In this document: positions 1-8,100 of the stretch, one piece after another | Layout: every line of letters starts with the position of its first letter | Numbering within the stretch: the stretch's first letter is position 1 | Origin: Nostoc sp. PCC 7120 = FACHB-418 | GTDB lineage: Bacteria; Cyanobacteriota; Cyanobacteriia; Cyanobacteriales; Nostocaceae | Reading direction: 5' to 3' | Length of the DNA stretch: 32,000 nucleotides | Assembly: GCF_000009705.1 (NCBI RefSeq) | Contig: NC_003272.1 | Location: forward strand, 1,110,001-1,142,000 | Notes under the pieces: generated by a model | Seen by the model: the letters and a program-made list of their open reading frames with translations, nothing else | Told to the model about the DNA's origin: nothing | The model's database searches: none | Program-made: the position numbers and the translations under genes

Positions 1-686
1 GTAGCAGCAGAATCGTAGCGATAACCGTCGTCACGCATGAAGGTATGTTCTGCTTCATATAAAACTACTTTGTGAGGTACTTTAGCATCTTCAATGGCTT
101 TAATTAAAATTTGGCGATCGCTTTCTGGTATGTGAGGATCAAGTGTACCCAGTACTAGCAGCATTTCGCCTTTGATTTCCTTGACTCTGTGGATAGTATC
201 TGCTACCCCTTTACCCAACTTACCACTGGGAATCCCTGTAGGGTAGCAGCAGGCAGAGGCTTTAACTTCGTTTTCAAAAGCTGCGCGAAAGGCTAAGTGT
301 CCACCTATACAAAAACCAACAGTACCAATTTTATTGGCATTAACAGTGGTTTCCGCTTTGAGAAAATCAATTACAGCACGAGAATCTGCATCATATTCAG
401 CGATCGCTGTTCGTCGCGCATTGTCGTTACCTCGCATTCTCCCAAGATCATCCGGCTCAATTACTAGTCCAATTGGCTCAAGGCGATGAAAAATTTCTGG
501 TGCTGCTACTACATAACCAAATCCAGCTAAGTAGTTAGCAAGACGAATTATCGGGCTACCTAACTGATAAATATCACTATAAAATACAATACCTGGGTAA
601 ACTCCGACTGGTTTTGGAGATGCGACATAAACACGCATTAAGCTGTCATCTACTCTCAATTCCACATTGCGCTTAGTGATTTGCAC
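1..686 (-). CDS. Dienelactone hydrolase family protein (partial, C-terminus lies beyond the window start)
   Basis: My own minus-strand translation gives (V)QITKRNVELRVDDSLMRVYVASPKPVGVYPGIVFYSDIYQLGSPIIRLANYLAGFGYVVAAPEIFHR...IGTVGFCIGGHLAF...LDPHIP...HTFMRD. This is the typical DLH alpha/beta-hydrolase layout, with the nucleophile elbow GFCIGG. It is not in the ORF track because it runs off the edge. The start is either GTG at 684-686 or ATG at 636-638. Confidence 0.75.
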   Translation of the reverse strand, partial: MQITKRNVELRVDDSLMRVYVASPKPVGVYPGIVFYSDIYQLGSPIIRLANYLAGFGYVVAAPEIFHRLEPIGLVIEPDDLGRMRGNDNARRTAIAEYDADSRAVIDFLKAETTVNANKIGTVGFCIGGHLAFRAAFENEVKASACCYPTGIPSGKLGKGVADTIHRVKEIKGEMLLVLGTLDPHIPESDRQILIKAIEDAKVPHKVVLYEAEHTFMRDDGYRYDSAA

Positions 687-1275
687 TGTTTTAGCTCCGT
701 GTTATGTTTGCTCTCATTAGCTTTTACACCAGGGAATAATAAAATCTGGATTTCTGCATAACTTCCCATAACGTATGAGATAACTGTGATTACTCCACTC
801 CATAATCGGAGTTTTTGAATTTTAGCCAACGCATTTCCACAACTTGCACATTTTATTGTGTGTGAATAGTATCTTTCTAAGAGTTGTTCTTTAGGAATGG
901 CTGGCGAAAAACATTCTCCAGTAAATGGTTCAGCGTTGTAATTGTTCACCCACTGGCGCAGTTCAAACACAAAACTGTCAGCTTTCATCGGTAGGTAAAA
1001 CGCTTTTGTAAAGTTAGGATTACCCCCTTTGGCTTGGAGTTATCTTTCTTGATAATGGAGAAAAATTTGGTCGTCTTCTAAAACACCATTTTGTCCCAGG
1101 TGATAGTACCAACCTGGTCTTAATTTAATAAAAAACCCTGGTAGTTTAGCAAGAAACTTAAAAGGAAACCGAGCAAATAAACGGCACTCACCTTTACAAA
1201 TGGGTGTAGCATAGACAACAGTCAAGATGCGTCCTCTGATGTACTGGATAGGATATATACGCCAATATTGGCTGA
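656..1275 (-). pseudogene. Remnant of a PaO/Lls1-type Rieske oxygenase (C-terminal PaO domain only, with an in-frame stop)
   Basis: Track ORFs 1040-1225 and 656-988 are in the same frame. They are separated only by a TAA at 1040-1042 and read ...GVLEDDQIFLHYQER*LQAKGGNPNFTKAFYLPMKADSFVFELRQWV...HTIKCASCGNAL... The EDDxxxLHxQE and C-terminal CxxC motifs are characteristic of the pheophorbide a oxygenase family C-terminal region. The frame is closed by TAA near 1275, so no Rieske or catalytic N-terminal half is present. Confidence 0.5.
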
Positions 1276-1447
1276 ATTATAAAGAAAAAATTAATATTTG
1301 TTCATCAATGTGAGCGATCGCCTGAATCATTTCTAATTACACTGGCTTCTTCCTGGGGTGAGATATTTGGATAGCTAAGTTAAACTTTCATAACCGTAGC
1401 GATCGCTTTTTTGGGAAGATTTACTGCACAATGATGACAGTGATCAA

Positions 1448-1478
1448 TTGTCAGTTGTCATTGGTCATCGGTCATTAG
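1448..1478. repeat. STRR-like degenerate heptamer repeat (TTGTCAG/TTGGTCA type)
   Basis: The sequence ttgtcagttgtcattggtcatcggtcattag has 7-nt periodicity. TTGGTCA is the classical STRR2 heptamer of heterocystous cyanobacteria. Confidence 0.5.
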
Positions 1479-1859
1479 AGGCGTTGCACTGCAACTTCTG
1501 TCCATAGTTATTAGTTCTGCTCCCTCTCTTAACCTAAACCCTACAACCTGTTCCCATCTTCTAGCGTTAGTAAGTTCTCCTTTGAGTCCTATCCCTGCTT
1601 TACAGTACTTTCATCCTTTACAAGATGGACATTTATAGCAATTTTAAGCTAAAGTTGTAATGAGTTTGTTTTAGATTAAGGTGTGACGGAACAACCTATC
1701 AAGAAGCAAAAAAATTATTATCTCAAACTGTGATTACCGCAGCACGCACAAGCAACAACACAGTTAGAGGTAAGGCAGTGTTATTTAATATCCTCACATA
1801 TATACAACAGCAATAACCATCAAACTGGGAAAGATCCCCAATAGTAAATAGACATAAAT

Positions 1860-2309
1860 ATGCAGCAACAGGCAATATCGACAAAACCAATTCGTTCTCT
1901 AGAAGATGCTCTTGAGCGTTGTCAGCTGTTAGGTATGCGCGTCAGTCGCCAGCGCCGCTTTATTTTAGAACTGCTGTGGCAAGCAAATGAGCATCTTTCT
2001 GCTAGAGAAATTTATGATCGCCTCAACCAACAAGGCAAAGACATTGGTCATACATCTGTATATCAAAACTTAGAAGCATTATCAACTCAAGGCATTATTG
2101 AGAGTATCGAACGTTGTGATGGGCGTTTATACGGCAACATTAGTGACTCTCACAGTCATGTTAACTGCTTAGACACTAACCAAATTTTGGATGTGCATAT
2201 TCAACTTCCAGAGGCATTTATCCAAGAAGTTGAACAAAGAACAGGAGTGAAGATTACAGATTATAGTATCAACTTCTATGGATATCGGCATCCTCAAGAT
2301 GAAGAGTAG
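1860..2309 (+). CDS. furC: Fur family transcriptional regulator, FurC/PerR-like paralog
   Basis: This 149-aa ORF has an ATG start. It carries a winged-helix region (RQRRFILELLWQANEHLSAREIYDRL...GHTSVYQNLEALSTQGII) and a HSHVNC metal-site motif, but lacks the paired CxxC motifs of FurA/Zur. Size and sequence match my recollection of Anabaena FurC (alr0957). Confidence 0.85.
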   Translation: MQQQAISTKPIRSLEDALERCQLLGMRVSRQRRFILELLWQANEHLSAREIYDRLNQQGKDIGHTSVYQNLEALSTQGIIESIERCDGRLYGNISDSHSHVNCLDTNQILDVHIQLPEAFIQEVEQRTGVKITDYSINFYGYRHPQDEE

Positions 2310-2343
2310 AAAGGCTGGGAGTAGGGGAAGAAGAAAACTGTAC

Positions 2344-2363
2344 AGACGCGATTAATCGCGTCT
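2344..2363. terminator. Perfect 20-nt palindrome between convergent genes (possible bidirectional terminator)
   Basis: agacgcgattaatcgcgtct is its own reverse complement. It lies between the furC stop (2309) and the stop of the minus-strand pentapeptide ORF (2393). The flanking T-tracts are weak. Confidence 0.35.
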
Positions 2364-2392
2364 CTGACAACTGACTAAAAATCCAGCACTAC

Positions 2393-3934
2393 TCATAACT
2401 CACTTTTACCAAAAACCGTTTCATCATAGGTTTCGTGGTCTAGAATTGTAGGCATAATTACTTCACCTTCCAAGCTTTCAATCAAGCCGATATCGAGACT
2501 ATTTTGATTCCAAAACTTAGTTTTCTCTCTAGTGCTGGAAACACTAAAGTAAGATTGCTTGGATAACAAACTTTTCACTACTTGAAATTGTTCTAGAGAG
2601 AATAATGCACCGTGGAGTTGGGCAATTTCTCTTTCAGCCTCGGTGAGGATAACATCACATAAACAAGCATTAGTGAGATTGACAGTTTCCAAGCTGACAC
2701 CAGTGAGATTTGCGCCAGATAAGTTAGCACCAGCTAAATTTGCGTTATTTAAGTTAGCATCAGCTAAATTTGCATTCACCAATACAGCATCGCATAAATT
2801 TGCTTGTTCAAGATTTGCGCCAGTTAGGACGACTTGCGATAAAAATGCTCCTGAGAGGTTGATTTTAGCTAAAGATTGGGAGTAAATGCGCTTGATTAGA
2901 GCGTTACTTCCAGAAAAAGCGGCTTTAGCCAACAACATAATCATCGTTTCCGGGTAAAACTCACTGACATTGGCTGGATTACCACAAGGATAAAAAGAAA
3001 CGTGAATGTCCCGACTAATAGCGGCTAGTAATAAAAATACATTTATTCCCACATTCGTATTGACTTGCTCAACATTCACAAAATTTTGTAAGCTGTGAAA
3101 ATAAGGTAGTTCTTGATGGGCAATGCCTTCATCTAACCAACGTCCTTGACACCAACCGCGCCAAAACGATTCTAGTCGTTGTAACAAAATGGGCTTTTGT
3201 TGGGTTTGTAAAGCAGTTATGACTAATCCCTCAATTTCTGGCGTGATCATGCCGTAGCCTAGTAAATGGTAGAGATGCTGGGCAACACTGCTAGGAGCAT
3301 TCAAAATAAATGTTTCTGTTCCGTAAACATCTTCTTGGCACTGGGTGAGCATTTGCAGTTGGTTTGCTACAGCTTCAGCACAAAGATATTCGCCTATTTG
3401 TGAGTGGGAAAACTCTACTTTAATTGTTAATTGTGCTTTGTCAGTAGCTTGTGATGACTTACTGGTAAGACAATAACGGAAATATAAGGCCGGGAGAATG
3501 TTTGTATTTAATTCTTCAGTCAGGGTAACTTGATGACGATCGCCATGTAAAATTTTGAGAGCGATCGCCTGCATTTGTTCAATCAGGTCTTGAGGATGGT
3601 ATTCTCCTAGTAGATTGGTGATTGCTTCTGGTGTACGGTGAATATGAGCAGTTCCCGGACGTAATAGCATTGTCTTCATCCCCGCAGTCAACGGATACCC
3701 CAGCAACCATCGTTTTAAGCGAGAGTAAATTTCCCAATTTAGGGCAACCCTAGTATTTTTTTGCAATATCTCATCATCTAATAGTCCGTCGCGGTGGAAA
3801 ACCCCTAATACATATAGCATTAATGGTTGCCGTACTAAATGAGAGATTGCTGATAAGTGAGAGTTACTGGCAAATAATCCTGCTTGTTTTAGGAATGTAA
3901 AAAAAGTTTTGGGAAGTGGGTAAAGACTGGACAA
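2393..3934 (-). CDS. Pentapeptide-repeat C-terminal portion of a NACHT STAND protein (downstream fragment of a frameshifted gene)
   Basis: Residues about 350-430 form a long pentapeptide array (LSGAFLSQVVLTGANLEQANLCDAVLVNANLADANLNNANLAGANLSGANLTGVSLETVNLTNACLCDVIL). The ORF opens with TTG, not ATG, and overlaps the upstream NACHT ORF by 71 nt. Confidence 0.8.
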   Translation of the reverse strand: MSSLYPLPKTFFTFLKQAGLFASNSHLSAISHLVRQPLMLYVLGVFHRDGLLDDEILQKNTRVALNWEIYSRLKRWLLGYPLTAGMKTMLLRPGTAHIHRTPEAITNLLGEYHPQDLIEQMQAIALKILHGDRHQVTLTEELNTNILPALYFRYCLTSKSSQATDKAQLTIKVEFSHSQIGEYLCAEAVANQLQMLTQCQEDVYGTETFILNAPSSVAQHLYHLLGYGMITPEIEGLVITALQTQQKPILLQRLESFWRGWCQGRWLDEGIAHQELPYFHSLQNFVNVEQVNTNVGINVFLLLAAISRDIHVSFYPCGNPANVSEFYPETMIMLLAKAAFSGSNALIKRIYSQSLAKINLSGAFLSQVVLTGANLEQANLCDAVLVNANLADANLNNANLAGANLSGANLTGVSLETVNLTNACLCDVILTEAEREIAQLHGALFSLEQFQVVKSLLSKQSYFSVSSTREKTKFWNQNSLDIGLIESLEGEVIMPTILDHETYDETVFGKSEL

Positions 3935-5273
3935 ATGCCCATTGTTGAAACCATTGTTTTAGCTGGTTTATTTCTAAAGGTTGAATTTTAATGCGTCGCC
4001 ATTGTAGGGGGATTTCTGAAGTAATTTCCTCCACCGTTTGAGAGCGACTAGTCAACACAATTTTATGTTGTTCTTGGGACTGTAATTGTAGTAACTGTTG
4101 GATAAAAATTTTCTTAGCCCTATTTCCCTGATGAGAAGCAGGAAGTTCATCTAGCCCATCTAGTAATAAAACACACCGATTATTTGTTTGCTCTAACCAA
4201 GTAGACAAGTTGACATGAGCATTCAATGTAAAACCAGAGTTGAGAGTTTCTAGCAAACTTTTGCCATATTTAATATCCTGCAATCGAATCAGTATTGGCA
4301 TCCAATGAGGATAAAGTTTTAATGCTACTTCCGCCGCCCAAATCTGACAAAAACTGGATTTCCCATAACCAGGTTCTGACTCAATTACAGCAATAGTTTC
4401 TAAATCATTTAGTTGTTTCTCTACCCATGTTTTTAAATCAATTGACTGTTCACTATTAGGTTCTTGAGGTATACCAGATAAAGGAACATAAATATTTTTC
4501 AGGGCAAAATGTTCCATTAATAATGGTGTACTGAGAGTTTGTAGCAAACTAGCGCGATAATTCTCTTTATATAAGTCAATATTTAAGACATCTTCTGGAG
4601 TTCCTATACAGAAAAATTTTTGTAGTTGGGCTAAAGGTGCGGAATTTTGAGCAATGATTTTTAGCAGGTATCCAGGGAGGGAATTATCTAAACGCTGAGT
4701 TAATAATTTAGCTTCTAATTCTTCTGCACCATTAGCCATTAACCAAGCTACAGTAGCATGATTCATCTGTTGTACTAGTAAGGAATCGGCTACAGAAGAA
4801 AGTGCTTGTTCGGCTTGAGTATCAGTTAATTTACCAGGAGAGAGAGTTTTTAATAATCCTTGGAGTTGGGGATCTGAGATAATTATTGTGGCTTGTAAAG
4901 GTATTTTGGCACGATTTAACCAAGGTCTTTTTAACTGTTCTTCTTGGAGTAAAATCTGTTCTAACGCTAATAGGTAAGCAATTTGGAATGCTAACCAAGT
5001 ACCTTCATTGCGTTTGAGGGCTTTTTTTTGACTGAGGTTACGCAGAAGATGTTCGCTTAAGGAAGCAAGCACAGAAATTTCTTGTTCAGCCGTGCCTAAT
5101 GGTAATTGCAGTACTTCTGCTAACGTACAAATATCCAACGGCATCAGGCTTTTAAGTTCCATATCCTGAACAATACGATAGGCAATACCTGCCAGTTGCC
5201 CAGCAGCAAATGTTTTTATATGGCTGATTTCTATTTGGCGTTCTGCCAACCACTGCCTGAGACTGAGGTTCAT
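3864..5273 (-). CDS. NACHT-domain STAND NTPase, N-terminal helical domain plus P-loop module (upstream fragment of a frameshifted gene)
   Basis: The ORF starts with ATG at 5271-5273. Walker A is ESEPGYGKSSF (about 4355-4378) and Walker B is CVLLLDGLDEL, followed by KIVLTSRS. This is the typical NACHT order, preceded by about 280 aa of helical N-terminal region. Confidence 0.85.
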   Translation of the reverse strand: MNLSLRQWLAERQIEISHIKTFAAGQLAGIAYRIVQDMELKSLMPLDICTLAEVLQLPLGTAEQEISVLASLSEHLLRNLSQKKALKRNEGTWLAFQIAYLLALEQILLQEEQLKRPWLNRAKIPLQATIIISDPQLQGLLKTLSPGKLTDTQAEQALSSVADSLLVQQMNHATVAWLMANGAEELEAKLLTQRLDNSLPGYLLKIIAQNSAPLAQLQKFFCIGTPEDVLNIDLYKENYRASLLQTLSTPLLMEHFALKNIYVPLSGIPQEPNSEQSIDLKTWVEKQLNDLETIAVIESEPGYGKSSFCQIWAAEVALKLYPHWMPILIRLQDIKYGKSLLETLNSGFTLNAHVNLSTWLEQTNNRCVLLLDGLDELPASHQGNRAKKIFIQQLLQLQSQEQHKIVLTSRSQTVEEITSEIPLQWRRIKIQPLEINQLKQWFQQWAFVQSLPTSQNFFYIPKTSRIICQ

Positions 5274-5406
5274 TTAATCACATGAATAATTGATGCTTAT
5301 GGTAATTATCTTTCATTTATGAGTGGACGAAAACAGGTGACAATGAGGAGGGATTTTACTTTTTACGAGTTGCAGCCAAGACAGTGCTGGTGTATTTGAG
5401 CAGACT

Positions 5407-7173
5407 ATGAGCGATCGCCCTTTAAAATTATTATTAGTTGATCAAGACCCCATTTTCCGCCTGGGACTACGGGTAGCGTTGGAAGCCATGCCTAACATAG
5501 AGGTGGTATCGGAAGCACCAACAGATACAGCAGCTTTACAAATACTTGCGGAACTTGCCCAGATTAACCCCAATCAAGTGGACTTGGTAATTTTAGAATT
5601 AGGGAATAGTCGCTCAATTGATAGTCAACAGCAAGGATTACAACTCTGCCAGCAACTCAAAGCTACATACCCCACACTCCCAACTTTGCTCTTAAGTGCG
5701 GTTCCCGATGCAGGACTAATCATGGCAGCGAGGGCTGCTGGTGTGCGGGGTTACTGTCCTAAAGGCACTCCCATTTCCCAATTAGTTACCGTTATAGAAG
5801 CCGTTGCGGCTGGTAATTCTTACTGGTTGGCTGAAACAGTAAACCCAGAAATTACTCCCTCTGTTGCTGCGGTTGCGCCTCGTTTACCTTTGGCTAAGTG
5901 GCGGCAAAATTTACATTTATCAAGTGTGAATTATATTGATCATGCGCTGCAAGAAGTCACAGCACAATTACAAACTCCTGGTTTACCAATATTAGATCGA
6001 GCAGTTCTAGCCGGGAAGCGAAGAGAACTTTTAGCAAGTCGCTGGTTGCTCAATCAGGTACTAATTCTACCCCAAGAAAAACAACAGCCAACATTAACTT
6101 CCTCAGTTGCCAAATCTCTGCCTATAGTACCCCCACCAATACCCACAATTAACACCTCAGACTCACAACCAACATCCACATCGCCCCCGCTACTCAGTCC
6201 CAGAGCTTTACAAGCCAATTTATTTGCAGCTTGTATTAATAAACTACAATTTCCTTTAAATAATGTTTCAGATTCGGTTTTAGAGATTGATATATTTCGT
6301 GAAGATAAAAAACGAGAACTCCTATATCTAATTTTGCAAAAACTGGCTCAACAATTAGATGCTTTGCGTAATGCCCAAATTACAGCTAATCAGTTAGTAG
6401 AATTACAGCCTGTAATCTTACATGACTTATGGCAAGCAGTAATTACAGACTTTTTCGGTAAGTTTTCTAGAGTGCAAGTAGGCAAGCGTAATCTAGAAAT
6501 TGTCACCGTATTATTGCAGAATCCAGAAGTTGTACAAACAGCGATTCTGAATAAGATTCCTTTAGGATTAGAATTATTTTCTTATCTGTTATTGCAAACA
6601 GATTTAAGAGTAGAGCATCATACTTACCAAGCAGGTAGCTCTGAAGCCAACTTCCACGCAGAAATGTTACTAGAAAACTTGATAATTCAGGTAGCTAACA
6701 GCGTAGTCCAACCACTATTAAATTATTTGGCAGACATAGAAGAAATTAAACAAGATTTCTATGTTAAATCTTTAATGTCTACACGAGAACTGGAACGTTT
6801 TAGAAATGATTTATCATGGAAATATCGATTAAATAACTATGTGAACGAAGCCAAAGCAATTTTTGAAAGCCGCTACGAACTACTTGTGTTTGCGCCCCGT
6901 GGTATTGCCCAAATTTCAATTTATGCTCCCCGCAATGACGAACTAGCACAATTGTCTGGAGTACCTTTAGTAGTTACATTAGGTTTAGAATTTCGAGATG
7001 CGATCGCTCCTCGTTTACAATCGCTATTATCTGTCTTAGGTAGTGGCATTGTCTTTGTGCTAACCCAAATCATTGGTAGAGGTTTAGGCTTAATTGGTCG
7101 CGGAATTATTCAAGGTATTGGTAGCGTATCTTTTGACAAAAATTTTAAACGTGATAGTGAACGAACGAAGTAG
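5407..7173 (+). CDS. Response-regulator receiver domain protein with a long C-terminal DUF3685-like domain
   Basis: The N-terminus aligns by eye to NarL-type receivers (KLLLVDQDPIFRLGLRVALE...VDLVILEL...LLLSAV...GYCPKG). The C-terminal 400 aa or so has no enzymatic motif and ends in a Gly-rich hydrophobic segment. The receiver plus DUF3685 architecture is recalled from Pfam for cyanobacteria and plastids. Confidence 0.8.
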   Translation: MSDRPLKLLLVDQDPIFRLGLRVALEAMPNIEVVSEAPTDTAALQILAELAQINPNQVDLVILELGNSRSIDSQQQGLQLCQQLKATYPTLPTLLLSAVPDAGLIMAARAAGVRGYCPKGTPISQLVTVIEAVAAGNSYWLAETVNPEITPSVAAVAPRLPLAKWRQNLHLSSVNYIDHALQEVTAQLQTPGLPILDRAVLAGKRRELLASRWLLNQVLILPQEKQQPTLTSSVAKSLPIVPPPIPTINTSDSQPTSTSPPLLSPRALQANLFAACINKLQFPLNNVSDSVLEIDIFREDKKRELLYLILQKLAQQLDALRNAQITANQLVELQPVILHDLWQAVITDFFGKFSRVQVGKRNLEIVTVLLQNPEVVQTAILNKIPLGLELFSYLLLQTDLRVEHHTYQAGSSEANFHAEMLLENLIIQVANSVVQPLLNYLADIEEIKQDFYVKSLMSTRELERFRNDLSWKYRLNNYVNEAKAIFESRYELLVFAPRGIAQISIYAPRNDELAQLSGVPLVVTLGLEFRDAIAPRLQSLLSVLGSGIVFVLTQIIGRGLGLIGRGIIQGIGSVSFDKNFKRDSERTK

Positions 7174-7198
7174 TTAACGCGATGTGCGACTTATTCTT

Positions 7199-7335
7199 AA
7201 AACCCCTCTCCATAGCTTGCTTCCCGCAGGGTACCTCTCCCCTGCAAGGAGAGAGGCTTCAAAACCTTCATTTTTCTTTGAGCTTTCAAGATATTTAAGC
7301 CCCTCTCCGTGTCGGAGAGGGGTTTGGGGAGAGGT
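7199..7335. repeat. Cluster of small dispersed repeats and hairpins (CCCCTCTCC / GGAGAGGGG family) between convergent genes
   Basis: aaaacccctctccatagcttgct (7199-7221) recurs inverted at 13818-13840. cccctctccg-tgt-cggagagggg (7300-7322) is a perfect 10-bp stem with a 3-nt loop. cctctcc...ggagagg forms a second hairpin at about 7234-7256. These probably also act as terminators. Confidence 0.6.
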
Positions 7336-7918
7336 CATCAAACTCACCTTGAATTACAGCTAAATCTTCTGGTGTGTTGCAATTGAATAATATCTCTGGG
7401 GTTGGTAGAGATAAAACTTGTACAGAATGATGTTGTAGCCATTGCTGAAAAGATCGCCCACCTTGATGGATAAACTCTAATAATTGCGGTAAACAGCGAC
7501 GGCGATAGAAACCACATAAAGGTTCCCAGCCTTTGGCGTGATGGGGTAAAGCAGCAATAGCTTCCTCTGGTACACTATCAAGATTAGCAGCCCATTCTTG
7601 CAAAACCTCAACCCGTAATTTAGGTAAATCGCAAGCTAAAAGTAACACCCACTCAGATTTTACCTCTGCTAACCCTTGAGCAAAGCCAATCAAAGGCCCC
7701 TGAGTCGCCGCTTCTGGAAGAAATTTGCACCCTGGTAAAAATAAATGCTCATAGCGTTCCGGCCAAGGGGTGACAATATAAACAGTATCAGCACAACTGG
7801 CGGCAATGTTACAGACAAATTGCAACAACGGCACACCTTGAACAGTTATCAAAGCTTTATCCTGTCCCATGCGGGAACTTTGACCACCTGCAAGGACGAT
7901 AGCAGTTAAGTTATTCAT
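7295..7918 (-). CDS. mobA: Molybdenum cofactor guanylyltransferase
   Basis: This 207-aa ORF starts with ATG. The N-terminal motif is AIVLAGGQSSRMGQDKAL, and length and layout are typical of MobA. The last 12 codons or so lie inside a repeat element. Confidence 0.9.
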   Translation of the reverse strand: MNNLTAIVLAGGQSSRMGQDKALITVQGVPLLQFVCNIAASCADTVYIVTPWPERYEHLFLPGCKFLPEAATQGPLIGFAQGLAEVKSEWVLLLACDLPKLRVEVLQEWAANLDSVPEEAIAALPHHAKGWEPLCGFYRRRCLPQLLEFIHQGGRSFQQWLQHHSVQVLSLPTPEILFNCNTPEDLAVIQGEFDDLSPNPSPTRRGA

Positions 7919-7960
7919 GAATTGAGTCGTTTGTTAGTCAGGTTAATGCGCGCTATAGGC

Positions 7961-8004
7961 GTTGACTGTTGACTGTTGACTGTTGACTGTTGACTGTTGA
8001 CTGT
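7961..8004. repeat. STRR heptamer tandem repeat (GTTGACT)x6, equivalent to CAACAGT (STRR3) on the other strand
   Basis: There are six perfect 7-nt units, gttgact x6 plus gt. Confidence 0.9.
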
Positions 8005-8031
8005 AGGGTGGGCAATGCCCACCACAATCAT
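8003..8031. repeat. Copy 1 (half element) of the dispersed palindromic repeat GGTGGGCAATGCCCACC
   Basis: The sequence is gtagGGTGGGCAATGCCCACCacaatcat. Related copies lie at 16056-16110, 19044-19139 and 27761-27840. Confidence 0.8.
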
Positions 8032-8100
8032 AAAATATTAGTATTAGTTATCAAAAAAATAAAATTAGTGACGAAACTCATTTTTTTAATTATCAAACAC

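Noticed and set aside
1226-1859. I looked for a Fur box, an NtcA site (GTA-N8-TAC) or a small RNA gene upstream of furC.
   Set aside because: I could not find a convincing match by eye. AT-rich segments are common here, and a motif scan with proper matrices is required.
2643-2885. An 80-aa plus-strand ORF lies antisense to the pentapeptide-repeat region.
   Set aside because: It is a mirror-image artefact of the low-complexity pentapeptide coding repeat (repetitive KLAPAKFA-type sequence). It is fully embedded in a much longer, motif-supported minus-strand ORF.
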